A stretch of DNA of 64,000 nt from Eledone cirrhosa (taxonomy: Eukaryota): positions 205,716,001-205,780,000 of the forward strand of contig OZ024743.1 in assembly GCA_964016885.1 (NCBI GenBank), in the 5' to 3' direction. Below are positions 25,001 through 39,719 of the stretch, one piece after another. The stretch's first letter is position 1, and every line of letters begins with the position of its first letter. Below the pieces are notes generated by a model. It was given only the letters and a program-made list of their open reading frames with translations. It searched no databases and was not told the DNA's origin. The translations under genes and the position numbers were made by a program.

Positions 25001-28000
25001 TTTACAAATTATCTCCCCCTGATTTTTTTTTACAAATTATCTCCCCCTGATTTTTTTTTTACAAATTATCTCCCCTTGGACGGGTGGAAATTATCTCCCC
25101 TTGGACGGCTTGAAATTATCTCCCCTTGGACGGCTAGAAATTACCTCTCCTTGGACGGCTGAAAATTATCTCCCCTTGATTTTTTTTACAAATTATCTCC
25201 CCCTGATTTTATTTTACATATTATCTACCCCTGATTTTTTTTTACAAATTATCTCCACCTGATCTTTTTTACAAATTATCTCCCCCTGATTTTTTTTTTA
25301 CAGATTATCTCCCCCTGATTTTTTTACAAATTATCTCCCCCTGATTTTTTTTTCAATTTATCTCCGCCTGATTTTTTTAAATATTATCTTCCCTTGGCTG
25401 GCGGGAAATTATCTCCCCTTGGACGGCTGGAAATTATCTCCCCTTGGAAGGATGGAAATTATCTCCCCTTGGACGGCTGGAAATTATCTCCCCTTGCACT
25501 GCTGGAAATTATCTCCCCTTGGACGGCTGGAAATTATCTCCCCTTGGCTGGAAATTATCTCCCCTTGGACGGCTAGAAATTATCTCTCTTTGGACGGCTG
25601 GAAATTATCTCCCCTTGATTTTTTTACAAATTATCTCCCCCTGATTTTTTTTACAAATCTCCCAGTGATTTTTTTAAAAAAATTATCTCCCCTTCGCTGC
25701 CTGGAAATTATCTCCCCTTGGACGCTGGAAATTATAGCCCCTTGGAGGGCTGGAAATTATCTTCCCTTGGACGGCTGGAAATTATCTCCCCTTGATTTTT
25801 TTTACAAATTATCTCCCCCTGATTTTTTTTTACAAATTATCTCCCCCTGATTTTTTTTTACAAATTATCTCCCCCTGATTTTTTTTACAACTTATCTCCG
25901 CCTGATTTTTTTAAAAAAATTATCTCCCCTTGGACGGCTGGAAATTATCTCCCCTTGGACGGCTGGAAATTATCTCTCCTTGGACGGCTAGAAATTACCT
26001 CTCCTTGGACGGCTGAAAATTATCTCCCCTTGGACGGCTGGAAATTATCTCCCCTTGATTTTTTTTACAAATTATCTCCCCCTGATTTTTTTTTACAAAT
26101 TATCTCCCCCTGATTTTTTTACAAATTATCTCCCCCTGATTTTTTTTTACAAATTATCTCCCCCTGATTTTTTTTACAAATTATATCCCCTTGGCTGGCT
26201 GGAAATTATCTCCCCTTGGAGGCTGGAATTTATCTCCCCTTGGACGGCTAGAAATTACCTCTCCTTGGACGGCTGGAAATTATGTCTCCTTGGACGGTTG
26301 GAAATTATCTCCCCTTGGACGGCTGGAAACTATCTCCCCTTGGACGGCTGGAAATTATCTTCCCTTGGACGGCTCGATATTACCTCTCCTTGGACGGCTG
26401 GAAATTATCTGCCCTTGGACGGCTGGAAATTATCTCCCCTTGGACGGCTGGAAATTATTTCCCCTTGATTTTTTTTACAAATTATCTCCCCCTGATTTTT
26501 TTTTACAAATCTCCACCTAATTAAAAAAAAAATTATCTCCCCTTCGCTGGCTGGAAATTATCTTCCTCTGGACGGCTGGAAATTATAGCCGCTTGTAGGG
26601 CTGGAAATTATCTCCCCTTGGACGGCTGGAAATTATCTCCCCTTGATTTTTTTTACTAAGTATCTCACCCTGATTTTTTTTTACAAATTATCTCCGCCTG
26701 ATTTTTAAAAAAAAATTATCTCCCCTTGGCTGGATGGAAATTATCTCCCCTTGGACGGCTGGAAATTATCTTCCCTTGATTTCTTCTACAAATTATCTAC
26801 CCCTGATTTTTTTTTACAAATTATCTCTCCCTGATTTTTTTTTACAAATATCTCCCCTCCGCTGGCTGACAAATCATCTCCGCCTGATTTTTTTAAAAAC
26901 TTATCTCCCTTGGCTTGCTGGAAATTATCTCCCCTTGGACGGCTATAAATTATCTCTCCTTCGACGGCTGGAAATTATCTCCCCTTGATTTTTTTACAAA
27001 TTATCTCCCCCTGATTTTTTTTTACCAATCTACCCCTGATTTAAAAAAAAATTATCTCTCCTTCGCTGGCTGGAAATTATCTCCCCTTGGACGGCTGGAA
27101 ATTATCTCCCCTTGATTTTTTTTACAAATTATCTACCCTGATTTTTTTACAAATTATCTCCCCCTGATTTTTTTTTACAAATTATCCCCCCCTGATTTTT
27201 TTTTTTACAAATTATCTCCGCCTGATTTTTTTAAAATTATCTCCCCTTGGCTGGATGGAAATTATCTCCCCTTGGACGGCTGGAAATTATCTCCCCTTGC
27301 ACGGCTGGAAATTATCTTCCCTTGGATGGCTAGAAATTACCTCTCCTTGGACGGCTGAAAATTATCTCCCCTTGGACGGCTGGAAATTATCTCCCCTTGG
27401 CTGGAAATTATCTCCCCTTGGACGGCTAGAAATTATCTCTCTTTGGACGGCTGGAAATTATCTCCCCTTGATTCTTTTTACAAATTATCTCCCCCTGATT
27501 TTTTTTACAAATCTCCCCCTAATTTAAAAAAAAATTATCTCCCCTTCGCTGGCTGGAAATTATCTCCCCTTGGACGCTGAAAATTATAGCCCCTTGGAGG
27601 CTGGAAATTATCTTCCCTTGGACGGCTGGAAATTATCTCCCCTTGATTTTTTTACAAATTATCTCCCCCTGATTTTTTTTTACAAATTATCTCCCCCTGA
27701 TTTTTTTTTTACAAATTATCTCCCCTTGGACGGGTGGAAATTATCTCCCCTTGGACGGCTTGAAATTATCTCCCCTTGGACGGCTAGAAATTACCTCTCC
27801 TTGGACGGCTGAAAATTATCTCCCCTTGATTTTTTTTACAAATTATCTCCCCCTGATTTTTTTTTTTACAAATTATCTCCCCCTGATTTTATTTTACATA
27901 TTATCTACCCCTGATTTTTTTTTACAAATTATCTCCACCTGATCTTTTTTACAAATTATCTCCCCCTGATTTTTTTTTTACAAATTATCTCCCCCTGATT

Positions 28001-31000
28001 TTTTTACAAATTATCTCCCCCTAATTTATTTTACAAATTATCTCCGCCTGATTTTTTTAAATATTATCTTCCCTTGGCTGGCGGGAAATAATCTCCCCTT
28101 GGACGGCTGGAAATTATCTCCCCTTGGAAGGATGGAAATTATCTTCCCTTGGACGGCTGGAAATTATCTCCCCTTGCACGGCTGGAAATTATCTCCCCTT
28201 GGACGGCTGGAAATTATCTCCCCTTGGATGGCTAGAAATTATCTCTCTTTGGACGGCTGGAAATTATCTCCCCTTGATTTTTTTTACAAATTATCTCCCC
28301 CTGATTTTTTTTACAAATCTCCCAGTGATTTTTAAAAAAAAATTATCTCCCTTTCGCTGGCTGGAAATTATCTCCCCTTGGACGCTGGAAATTATAGCCC
28401 CTTGGAGGGCTGGAAATTATCTTCCCTTGGACGGCTGGAAATTATCTCCCCTTGATTTTTTTACATATTATCTCCCCCTGATTTTTTTTACAACTTATCT
28501 CCGCCTGATTTTTTTAAAAAAATTATCTCCCCTTGGACGGCTGGAAATTATCTCCCCTTGGACGGCTGGAAATTATCTCTCCTTGGACGGCTAGAAATTA
28601 CCTCTCCTTGGACGGCTGAAAATTATCTCCCCTTGGACGGCTGGAAATTATCTCCCCTTGATTTTTTTTACAAATTATCTCCCCCTAATTTTTTTTACAA
28701 ATTATCTCCCCCTGATTTTTTTTACAAATTATATTCCCTTGGCTGGCTGGAAATTATCTCCCCTTGGAGGCTGGAATTTATCTCCCCTTGGACGGCTAGA
28801 AATTACCTCTCCTTGGACGGCTGGAAATTATGTCTCCTTGGACGGCTGGAAATTATCTCCCCTTGGACGGCTGGAAATTATCTCCCCTTGGACGGCTGGA
28901 AATTATCTCCCCTTGATTTTGTATACAAATTATCTCCCCCTGATATTTTTTTACAAATTATCTGCCCCTGATTATTTTTTACAAATTAGCTCCGCCTGAT
29001 TTTTTTTAAAAATTATCTCCCCTTGGACGGCTGGAAATTATCTCCCCTTGGACGGCTGGAAATTATCTCCCCTTGAACGGCTAGAAATTACCTGTCCTTG
29101 GACGGCTGAAAATTATCTCCCCTTGGACGGCTGGAAATTATCTCCCCTTGATTTTTTACAAATTATCTCCCCCTGATTTTTTTTACAAATTATCTCCCCC
29201 TGATTTTTTTTTACAAATTATCTACCCCTGATTTTTTTTACAAATCTCCCAGTGATTTTTTTAAAAAAATTATCTCCCCTTCGCTGGCTGGAAATTATCT
29301 CCCCTTGGACGCTGGAAATTATAGCCCCTTGGAGGGCTGGAAGTTATCTTTCCTTGGAGGGCTGGAAATTATCTTCCCTTGGACGGCTGGAAATTATCTC
29401 CCCTTGATTTTTTTTACAAATTATCTCCCCCTGATTTTTTTTTACAAATTATCTCCCCCTGATTTTTTTTTTACAAATTATCTCCGCCTGATTTTTTTTA
29501 AAAATTATCTCCCCTTGGACGGCTGGAAATTATCTCCCCTTGGACGGCTGGAAATTATCTCCCCTTGGACGGCTAGAAATTACCTCTCCTTGGACGGCTT
29601 AAAATTATCTCCCCTTGATTTTTTTTTACAAATTATCTACCCCTGATTTTTTTTTACAAATTATCTACGCCTGATTTTTTTTTCCAAATTATCTCCCCCT
29701 GATTTTTTTTTACAAATTATCTCCCCCTGTTTTTTTTTACAAATTATTTCCCCCTGATTATTTTACAAATTATCTCCGCCTGATTTTTTTAAATATTATC
29801 TTCCCTTGGCTGGCGGGAAATTATCTCCCCTTGGACGCCTGGAAATTATCTCCCCTTGGAAGGATGGAAATTATCTCCCCTTGGACGGCTGGAAATTATC
29901 TCCCCTTGCACTGCTGGAAATTATCTCCCCTTGGACGGCTGGAAATTATCTCCCCTTGGCTGGAAATTATCTCCCCTTGGACGGCTAGAAATTATCTCTC
30001 TTTGGACGGCTGGAAATTATCTCCCCTTGATTTTTTTACAAATTATCTCCCCCTGATTTTTTTACAAATCTCCCAGTGTTTTTTTTTAAAAATTATCTCC
30101 CCTTCGCTGGCTGGAAATTATCTCCCCTTGGACGCTGGAAATTATAGCCCCTTGGAGGGCTGGAAATTATCTTCCCTTGGACGGCTGGAAATTATCTCCC
30201 CTTGATTTTTTTTACAAATTATCTCCCCCTGATTTTTTTTTACAAATTATCTCCCCCTGATTTTTTTTTACAAATTATCTCCCCCTGATTTTTTTTACAA
30301 CTTATCTCCGCCTGATTTTTTAAAAAAAATTATCTCCCCTTGGACGGCTAGAAATTACCTCTCCTTGGACGGCTGAAAATTATCTCCCCTTGGACGGCTG
30401 GAAATTATCTCCCCTTGATTGTTTTTACAAATTATCTCCCCCTGATTTTTTTTTACAAATTATCTCCCCCTGATTTTTTTTACAAATTATCTCCCCCTGA
30501 TTTTTTTTTACAAATTATCTCCCCCTGATTTTTTTTACAAATTATATCCCCTTGGCTGGCTGGAAATTATCTCCCCTTGGAGGCTGGAATTTATCTCCCC
30601 TTGGACGGCTAGAAATTACCTCTCCTTGGACGGCTGGAAATTATGTCTCCTTGGACGGCTAGAAATTACCTCTCCTTGGACGGCTGAAAATTATCTCCCC
30701 TTGGACGGCTGGAAATTATCTCCCCTTGATTTTTTTTACAAATTATCTCCCCCTGATTTTTTTTACAAATTATCTCCCCTGATTTTTTTTTACAAATTAT
30801 CTCCCCCTGATTTTTTTTACAAATTATATCCCCTTGGCTGGCTGGAAATTATCTCCCCTTGGAGGCTGGAATTTATCTCCCCTTGGACGGCTAGAAATTA
30901 CCTCTCCTTGGACGGCTGGAAATTATGTCTCCTTGGACGGCTGGAAATTATCTCCCCTTGGACGGCTGGAAATTATCTCCCCTTGGACGGCTGGAAATTA

Positions 31001-33186
31001 TCTCCCCTTGGACGGCTAGATATTACCTCTCCTTGGACGGCTGGAAATTATCTGCCCTTGGACGGCTGGAAATTATCTCCCCTTGGACGGCTGGAAATTA
31101 TTTCCCCTTGATTTTTTTTACAAATTATCTCCCGCTGATTTTTTTTTACAAATCTCCACCTAATTAAAAAAAAAATTATCTCCCCTTCGCTGGCTGGAAA
31201 TTATCTTGCTTTGGACGGCTGGAAATTATAGCCGCTTGTAGAGCTGGAAATTATCTCCCCTTGGACGGCTGGAAATTATCTCCCCTTGATTTTTTTTACT
31301 AAGTATCTCACCCTGATTTTTTTTTACAAATTATCTCCGCCTGATTTTTAAAAAAAAATTATCTCCCCTTGGCTGGATGGAAATTATCTCCCCTTGGACG
31401 GCTGGAAATTATCTTCCCTTGATTTCTTCTACAAATTATCTACCCCTGATTTTTTTTACAAATTATCTCTCCCTGATTTTTTTTTACAAATATCTCTCCT
31501 TGGCTGGCTGGAAATTATCTCCCCTTGGCTGGCTGGAAATTATCTCCCCCTGATATTTTTTTACAAATTAGCTCCCCCTGATTTTTTTTACAAATTATCT
31601 CCCCCTGATTTTTTTTTACAAATTATCCCCCCCTGATTTTTTTTTTTACAAATTATCTCCGCCTGATTTTTTTAAAATTATCTCCCCTTGGCTGGATGGA
31701 AATTATCTCCCCTTGGACGGCTGGAAATTATCTCCCCTTGCACGGCTGGAAATTATCTTCCCTTGGACGGCTAGAAATTACCTCTCCTTGGACGGCTGAA
31801 AATTATCTCCCCTTGGACGGCTGGAAATTATCTCCCCCTGACTTTTTTTACAAATTATCTCCCCTTGCACGGCTGGAAATTATCTCCCCTTGGACGGCTG
31901 GAAATTATCTGCCCTTGATTTTGTTTTTACAAATTATCTCCCCCTGATTTTTTTTACAAATTATCTCCACCTGATATTTTAAAAAATTATCTCCCCTTGG
32001 ACGGCTGGAAATTATCTCCCCTTGGCTGGAAATTATCTCCCCTTGGACGGCTAGAAATTATCTCTCTTTGGACGGCTGGAAATTATCTCCCCTTGATTCT
32101 TTTTACAAATTATCTCCCCCTGATTTTTTTTACAAATCTCCCCCTAATTTAAAAAAAAATTATCTCCCCTTCGCTGGCTGGAAATTATCTCCCCTTGGAC
32201 GCTGAAAATTATAGCCCCTTGGAGGCTGGAAATTATCTTCCCTTGGACGGCTGGAAATTATCTCCCCTTGATTTTTTTACAAATTATCTCCCCCTGATTT
32301 TTTTTTACAAATTATCTCCCCCTGATTTTTTTTTTACAAATTATCTCCCCTTGGACGGGTGGAAATTATCTCCCCTTGGACGGCTTGAAATTATCTCCCC
32401 TTGGACGGCTAGAAATTACCTCTCCTTGGACGGCTGAAAATTATCTCCCCTTGATTTTTTTTACAAATTATCTCCCCCTGATTTTTTTTTTTACAAATTA
32501 TCTCCCCCTGATTTTATTTTACATATTATCTACCCCTGATTTTTTTTTACAAATTATCTCCACCTGATCTTTTTTACAAATTATCTCCCCCTGATTTTTT
32601 TTTTACAAATTATCTCCCCCTGATTTTTTTACAAATTATCTCCCCCTAATTTATTTTACAAATTATCTCCGCCTGATTTTTTTAAATATTATCTTCCCTT
32701 GGCTGGCGGGAAATAATCTCCCCTTGGACGGCTGGAAATTATCTCCCCTTGGAAGGATGGAAATTATCTTCCCTTGGACGGCTGGAAATTATCTCCCCTT
32801 GCACGGCTGGAAATTATCTCCCCTTGGACGGCTGGAAATTATCTCCCCTTGGATGGCTAGAAATTATCTCTCTATGGACGGCTGGAAATTATCTCCCCTT
32901 GATTTTTTTTACAAATTATCTCCCCCTGATTTTTTTTACAAATCTCCCAGTGATTTTTAAAAAAAAATTATCTCCCTTTCGCTGGCTGGAAATTATCTCC
33001 CCTTGGACGCTGGAAATTATAGCCCCTTGGAGGGCTGGAAATTATCTTCCCTTGGACGGCTGGAAATTATCTCCCCTTGATTTTTTTTACATATTATCTC
33101 CCGCTGATTTTTTTTACAACTTATCTCCGCCTGATTTTTTAAAAAAAATTATCTCCCCTTGGACGGCTGGAAATTATCTCCCCTTG
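22031..33186 (+). repeat. ~11.1-kb tandem higher-order unit, copy 2, lacking 54-bp and 184-bp segments present in copy 1
   Basis: Colinear with 10651-22045. The offset steps at ~24550 and ~27390 correspond to missing whole monomers. Confidence 0.9.
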
Positions 33187-34585
33187 GACGGCTGGAAATT
33201 ATCTCTCCTTGGACGGCTAGAAATTACCTCTCCTTGGACGGCTGAAAATTATCTCCCCTTGGACGGCTGGAAATTATCTCCCCTTGATTTTTTTTACAAA
33301 TTATCTCCCCCTAATTTTTTTTACAAATTATCTCCCCCTGATTTTTTTTACAAATTATATTCCCTTGGCTGGCTGGAAATTATCTCCCCTTGGAGGCTGG
33401 AATTTATCTCCCCTTGGACGGCTAGAAATTACCTCTCCTTGGACGGCTGGAAATTATGTCTCCTTGGACGGCTGGAAATTATCTCCCCTTGGACGGCTGG
33501 AAATTATCTCCCCTTGGACGGCTGGAAATTATCTCCCCTTGATTTTGTATACAAATTATCTCCCCCTGATATTTTTTTACAAATTATCTGCCCCTGATTA
33601 TTTTTTACAAATTAGCTCCGCCTGATTTTTTTTAAAAATTATCTCCCCTTGGACGGCTGGAAATTATCTCCCCTTGGACGGCTGGAAATTATCTCCCCTT
33701 GAACGGCTAGAAATTACCTGTCCTTGGACGGCTGAAAATTATCTCCCCTTGGACGGCTGGAAATTATCTCCCCTTGATTTTTTACAAATTATCTCCCCCT
33801 GATTTTTTTTACAAATTATCTCCCCCTGATTTTTTTTTACAAATTATCTACCCCTGATTTTTTTTACAAATCTCCCAGTGATTTTTTTAAAAAAATTATC
33901 TCCCCTTCGCTGGCTGGAAATTATCTCCCCTTGGACGCTGGAAATTATAGCCCCTTGGAGGGCTGGAAGTTATCTTTCCTTGGAGGGCTGGAAATTATCT
34001 TCCCTTGGACGGCTGGAAATTATCTCCCCTTGATTTTTTTTACAAATTATCTCCCCCTGATTTTTTTTTACAAATTATCTCCCCCTGATTTTTTTTTTAC
34101 AAATTATCTCCGCCTGATTTTTTTTAAAAATTATCTCCCCTTGGACGGCTGGAAATTATCTCCCCTTGGACGGCTGGAAATTATCTCCCCTTGGACGGCT
34201 AGAAATTACCTCTCCTTGGACGGCTTAAAATTATCTCCCCTTGATTTTTTTTTACAAATTATCTACCCCTGATTTTTTTTTACAAATTATCTACGCCTGA
34301 TTTTTTTTTCCAAATTATCTCCCCCTGATTTTTTTTTACAAATTATCTCCCCCTGTTTTTTTTTACAAATTATTTCCCCCTGATTATTTTACAAATTATC
34401 TCCGCCTGATTTTTTTAAATATTATCTTCCCTTGGCTGGCGGGAAATTATCTCCCCTTGGACGCCTGGAAATTATCTCCCCTTGGAAGGATGGAAATTAT
34501 CTCCCCTTGGACGGCTGGAAATTATCTCCCCTTGCACTGCTGGAAATTATCTCCCCTTGGACGGCTGGAAATTATCTCCCCTTGC
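27390..34585 (+). repeat. 4.625-kb period sub-repeat (27390-29960 repeated at 32015-34585)
   Basis: Offsets are 27570->32195 (4625) and 28658->33284, 29305->33931, 29806->34432 (4626). Confidence 0.88.
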
Positions 34586-35529
34586 ACTGCTGGAAATTAT
34601 CTCCCCTTGGACGGCTAGAAATTATCTCTCTTTGGACGGCTGGAAATTATCTCCCCTTGATTTTTTTTACAAATTATCTCCCCCTGATTTTTTTTACAAA
34701 TCTCCCAGTGATTTTTTAAAAAAAATAATCTCCCTTTCGCTGGCTGGAAATTATCTCCCCTTGGACGCTGGAAATTATAGCCCCTTGGAGGGCTGGAAAT
34801 TATCTTCCCTCGGACGGCTGGAAATTATCTCCCCTTGATTTTTTTTACATATTATCTCCCCCTGATTTTTTTTTACAAATTATCTCCCCGATTTTTTTTT
34901 ACAAATTATCTCCCCCTGATTTTTTTTTTACAAATTATCTCCGCCTGATTTTTAAAAAAAAATTATCTCCCCTTGGACGGCTGGAAATTATCTCCCCTTG
35001 AACGGCTGGAAATTATCTCCCCTTGGACGGCTGGAAATTATTTCCCCTTGATTTTTTTTACAAATTATCTCCCCCTGATTTTTTTTACAAATCTCCCCCT
35101 AATTTAAAAATAAATTATCTCCCCTTCGCTGGCTGGAAATTATCTCCCTTTGGACGGCTCGAAATTATAGCTGCTTGTAGGGCTGGAAATTATCTCCCCT
35201 TGGACGGCTGGAAATTATCTCCCCTTGATTTTTTTTACTAATTATCTCCCCCTGATTTTTTTTTACAAATTATCTCCGCCTGATTTTTTTTTAAAAATTA
35301 TCTCCCTGGATGGAAATTTTCTCCCCTTGGACGGCTGGAAATTATCTCCCCTTTATGTCTTCTACAAATTATCTACCCCTGATTTTTTTTTTACAAATTA
35401 TCTCTCCCTGATTTTTTTTACAAATATCTCGCCTAGGCTGGCTGGAAATTATCTCCCCTTGGCTGACTGGAAATTATCTCCCCTTGGACGGCTGGAAATT
35501 ATCTCCCCTTGGACGCCTAGAAATTACCT

Positions 35530-38500
35530 CTCCTTGGACAGCTGTAAATTATCTCCCCTTGGACGGCTGTAAATTATCTCCCCTTGGACGGCTGGAAATT
35601 ATCTCCCCTTGATTTTGTATACAAATTATCTCCCCCTGATTTTTTTTTACAAATTATCTGCCCCTGATTATTTTTTTACAAATTAGCAACGCCTGATTTT
35701 TTTTAAAAATTATCTCCCCTTGGACGGCTGGAAATTATCTCCCCTTGGACGGCTGGAAATTATCTCCCCTTGAACGGCTAGAAATTACCTCTCTTTGGAC
35801 GGCTGAAAATTATCTCCCCTTGGACGGCTGGAAATTATCTCCCCTTGAATTTTTTACAAATTATCTCCCCCTTATTTTTTTTTACAAATTATCTCCCCCT
35901 GATTTTTTTTTACAAATTATCTACCCCTGATTTTTTTTCCAGATTATCTCCCCCTGATTTTTTTTTACAAATTATCTCCCCCTGTTTTTTTTTACAAATT
36001 ATTTCCCCCTGATTTTTTTACAAATTATCTCCCCCTGATTTTTTTTACAAATTATCTCCGCCTGATTTTTTTAAATATTATCTTCCCTTGGCTGGCGGGA
36101 AATTATCTCCCCTTGGACGCCTGGAAATTATCTCCCCTTGGAAGGATGGAAATTATCTCCCCTTGGACGGCTGGAAATTATCTCCCCTTGCACTGCTGGA
36201 AATTATCTCCCCTTGGACGGCTGGAAATTATCTGCCCTTGATTTTGTTTTTACAAATTATCTTCCCCTGATTTTTTTTACAAATTATCTCCACCTGATTT
36301 TTTAAAAAATTATCTCCCCTTGGACGGCTGGAAATTATCTCCCCTTGGCTGGAAATTATCTCCCCTTGGACGGCTAGAAATTATCTCTCTTTGGACGGCT
36401 GTAAATTATCTCCCCTTGATTTTTTTTACAAATTATCTCCCCCTGATTTTTTTTACAAATCTCCCAGTGATTTTTTAAAAAAATTATCTCCCCTTCGCTG
36501 GCTGGAAATTATCTCCCCTTGGACGCTGGAAATTATAGCCCCTTGGAGGGCTGGAAGTTATCTTCCCTTGGAGGGCTGGAAATTATCTTCCCTTGGACGG
36601 CTGGAAATTATCTCCCCTTGATTTTTTTTACAAATAATCTCCCACTGATTTTTTTTTACAAATTATCTCCCCCTGATTTTTTTTTTACAAATTATCTCCG
36701 CCTGATTTTTTTTAAAAATTATCTCCCCTTGGACGGCTGGAAATTATCTCCCCTTGGACGGCTGGAAATTATATCCCCTTGGACGGCTAGAAATTACCTC
36801 TCCTTGGACGGCTGAAAATTATCTCCCCTTGGACGGCTGGAAATTATCTCCCCTTGATTTTTTTTACAAATTATCTCCCCCTGATTTTTTTTACAAATTA
36901 TCTCCCCCTGATTTTTTTTTACAAATTATCTCCCCCTGATTTTTTTTTACAAATTATCTCCCCCTGATTTTTTTTTACAAATTATCTCCCCCTTATTTTT
37001 TTACAAATTATCTCCCCTTGGCTGGCTGGAAATTATCTCCCCTTGGAGGCTGGAATTTATCTCCCCTTGGAGGGCTGGAAATTATCTCCCCTTGGACGGC
37101 TAGAAATTACCTCTCCTTGGACGGCTGGAAATTATCTCCCCTTGAACGGCTGGAAATTATTTCCCCTTGGACGGCTGGAAATTATCTCCCCTTGAACGGC
37201 TGGAAATTATCTCCCCTTGGACGGCTAGAAATTACCTCTCCTTGGACGGCTGGAAATTATCTCCCCTTGGACGGCTGGAAATTATCTCCCCTTGGACGGC
37301 TGGAAATTATCTCCCCTTGATTTTTTTTACAAATTATCTCTCCCTGATTTTTTTTACAAATATCCCCCTAATTTAAAAAAAAATTATCTCCCCTTCGCTG
37401 GCTGGACATTATCTCCCTTTGGACGGCTGGAAATTATAGCTGCTTGTCGGGCTAGAAATTATCTCCCCTTGGACGGCTGGAAATTATCTCCCCTTGATTT
37501 TTTTTACTAATTATCTACCCCTGATTTTTTTTTACAAATTATCTCCGCCTGATTTTTTTTTTTAAATTATCTCCCCTTGGCTGGATGGAAATTTTCTCCC
37601 CTTCGACGGCTGGAAATTATCTCCCCTTGATGTCTTCTACAAATTATCTACCCCTGATTTTTTTTTTACAAATCATCTCTCCCTGATTTTTTTTACAAAT
37701 ATCTCCCCTTGGCTGGCTGGAAATTATCTCCCCTTGGCTGGCTGGAAATTATCTCCCCTTGGACGGCTGGAAATTATCTCCCCTTGGACGCCTAGAAATT
37801 ACCTCTCCTTGGACAGCTGTAAATTATCTCCCCTTGGACGGCTGGAAATTCTCTCGCCTTGGACGGCTGGAAATTATCTCCCCTTGGACGGCTATAAATT
37901 ATCTCTCCTTCGACGGCTGGAAATTATCTCCCCTTGATTTTTTTACAAATTATCTCCCCCTGATTTTTTTTTACCAATCTACCCCTGATTTAAAAAAAAA
38001 ATTATCTCCTCTTCGCTAGCTGGAAATTATCTCCCCTTGGACGGCTGGAAATTATCTCCCCTTGATTTATTTTACAAATTATCTACCCTGATTTTTTTAC
38101 AAATTATCTCCCCGATTTTTTTTTACAAATTATCTCCCCCTGATTTTTTTTTTACAAATTATCTCCGCCTGATTTTTTTAAAATTATCTCCCCTTGGCTG
38201 GATGGAAATTATCTCCCCTTGGACGGCTGGAAATTATCTCCCCTTGCACGGCTGGAAATTATCTTCCCTTGGACGGCTAGAAATTACCTCTCCTTGGACG
38301 GCTGAAAATTATCTCCCCTTGGACGGCTGGAAATTATCTCCCCCTGATTTTTTTTACAAATTATCTCCCCTTGCACGGCTGGAAATTATCTCCCCTTGGA
38401 CGGCTGGAAATTATCTGCCCTTGATATTGTTTTTACAAATTATCTCCCCCTGATTTTTTTTACAAATTATCTCCACCTGATATTTTAAAAAATTATCTCC

Positions 38501-39530
38501 CTTGGACGGGTGGAAATTATCTCCCCTTGGACGGCTTGAAATTATCTCCCCTTGGACGGCTAGAAATTACCTCTCCTTGGACGGCTGAAAATTATCTCCC
38601 CTTGATTTTTTTTACAAATTATCTCCCCCTGATTTTTTTTTTTACAAATTATCTCCCCCTGATTTTATTTTACATATTATCTACCCCTGATTTTTTTTTA
38701 CAAATTATCTCCACCTGATCTTTTTTACAAATTATCTCCCCCTGATTTTTTTTTTACAAATTATCTCCCCCTGATTTTTTTACAAATTATCTCCCCCTAA
38801 TTTATTTTACAAATTATCTCCGCCTGATTTTTTTAAATATTAACTTTCCTTGGCTGGCGGGAAATAATCTCCCCTTGGAAGGATGGAAATTATCTCCCCT
38901 TGGACGGCTGGAAATTATCTCCCCTTGCACGGCTGGAAATTATCTCCCCTTGGACGGCTGGAAATTATCTCCCCTTGGCTGGAAATTATCTCCCCTTGGA
39001 CGGCTAGAAATTATCTCTCTTTGGACGGCTGGAAATTATCTCCCCTTGATTTTTTTTACAAATTATCTCCCCCTGATTTTTTTTACAAATCTCCCAGTGA
39101 TTTTTTAAAAAAAATTATCTCCCTTTCGCTGGCTGGAAATTATCTCCCCTTGGACGCTGGAAATTATAGCCCCTTGGAGGGCTGGAAATTATCTCCCCTT
39201 GATTTTTTTTACATATTATCTCCCCCTGATTTTTTTTTTACAAATTATCTCCGTCTGATTTTTTTTAAAAATTATCTCCCCTTGGACGGCTGGAAATTAT
39301 CTCCCCTTGGACGGCTGGAAATTATCTCCCCTTGGACGGCTAGAAATTACCTCTCCTTGGACGGCTGAAAATTATCTCCCCTTGGACGGCTGGAAATTAT
39401 CTCCCCTTGATTTTTTTTACAAATTATCTCCCCCTGATTTTTTTTTACAAATTATCTCCCCCTGATTTTTTTTTTATAAATTATCTCCCCCTGATTTTTT
39501 TTACAAATTATCTCCCCCTGATTTTTTTAC
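35530..39530 (+). repeat. Variant-rich ~4-kb block, copy 1 (9.12-kb offset duplication)
   Basis: Offsets 35745->44866, 36391->45512, 37018->46139 and 38875->47996 are all 9121. Block-specific variants include aattagcaacgcc, ggctggacatt and tattaactttcc. Confidence 0.9.
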
Positions 39531-39719
39531 AAATTATCTCCCCTTGGCTGGCTGGAAATTATCTCCCCTTGGAGGCTGGAATTTATCTCCCCTTGGACGG
39601 CTGGAAATTATCTCCCCTTGGACGGCTAGAAATTACCTCTCCTTGGACGGCTGGAAATTATCTCCCCTTGAACGGCTGGAAATTATCTCCCCTTGGACGG
39701 CTGGAAATTATCTCCCCTT

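Noticed and set aside
32749-33597. Longest ORF (282 aa) as a repeat-protein gene
   Set aside because: Homologous copies (16983, 21608, 28124, 58627) are broken at other points by 1-bp homopolymer differences or junctions, so the frame is not conserved.
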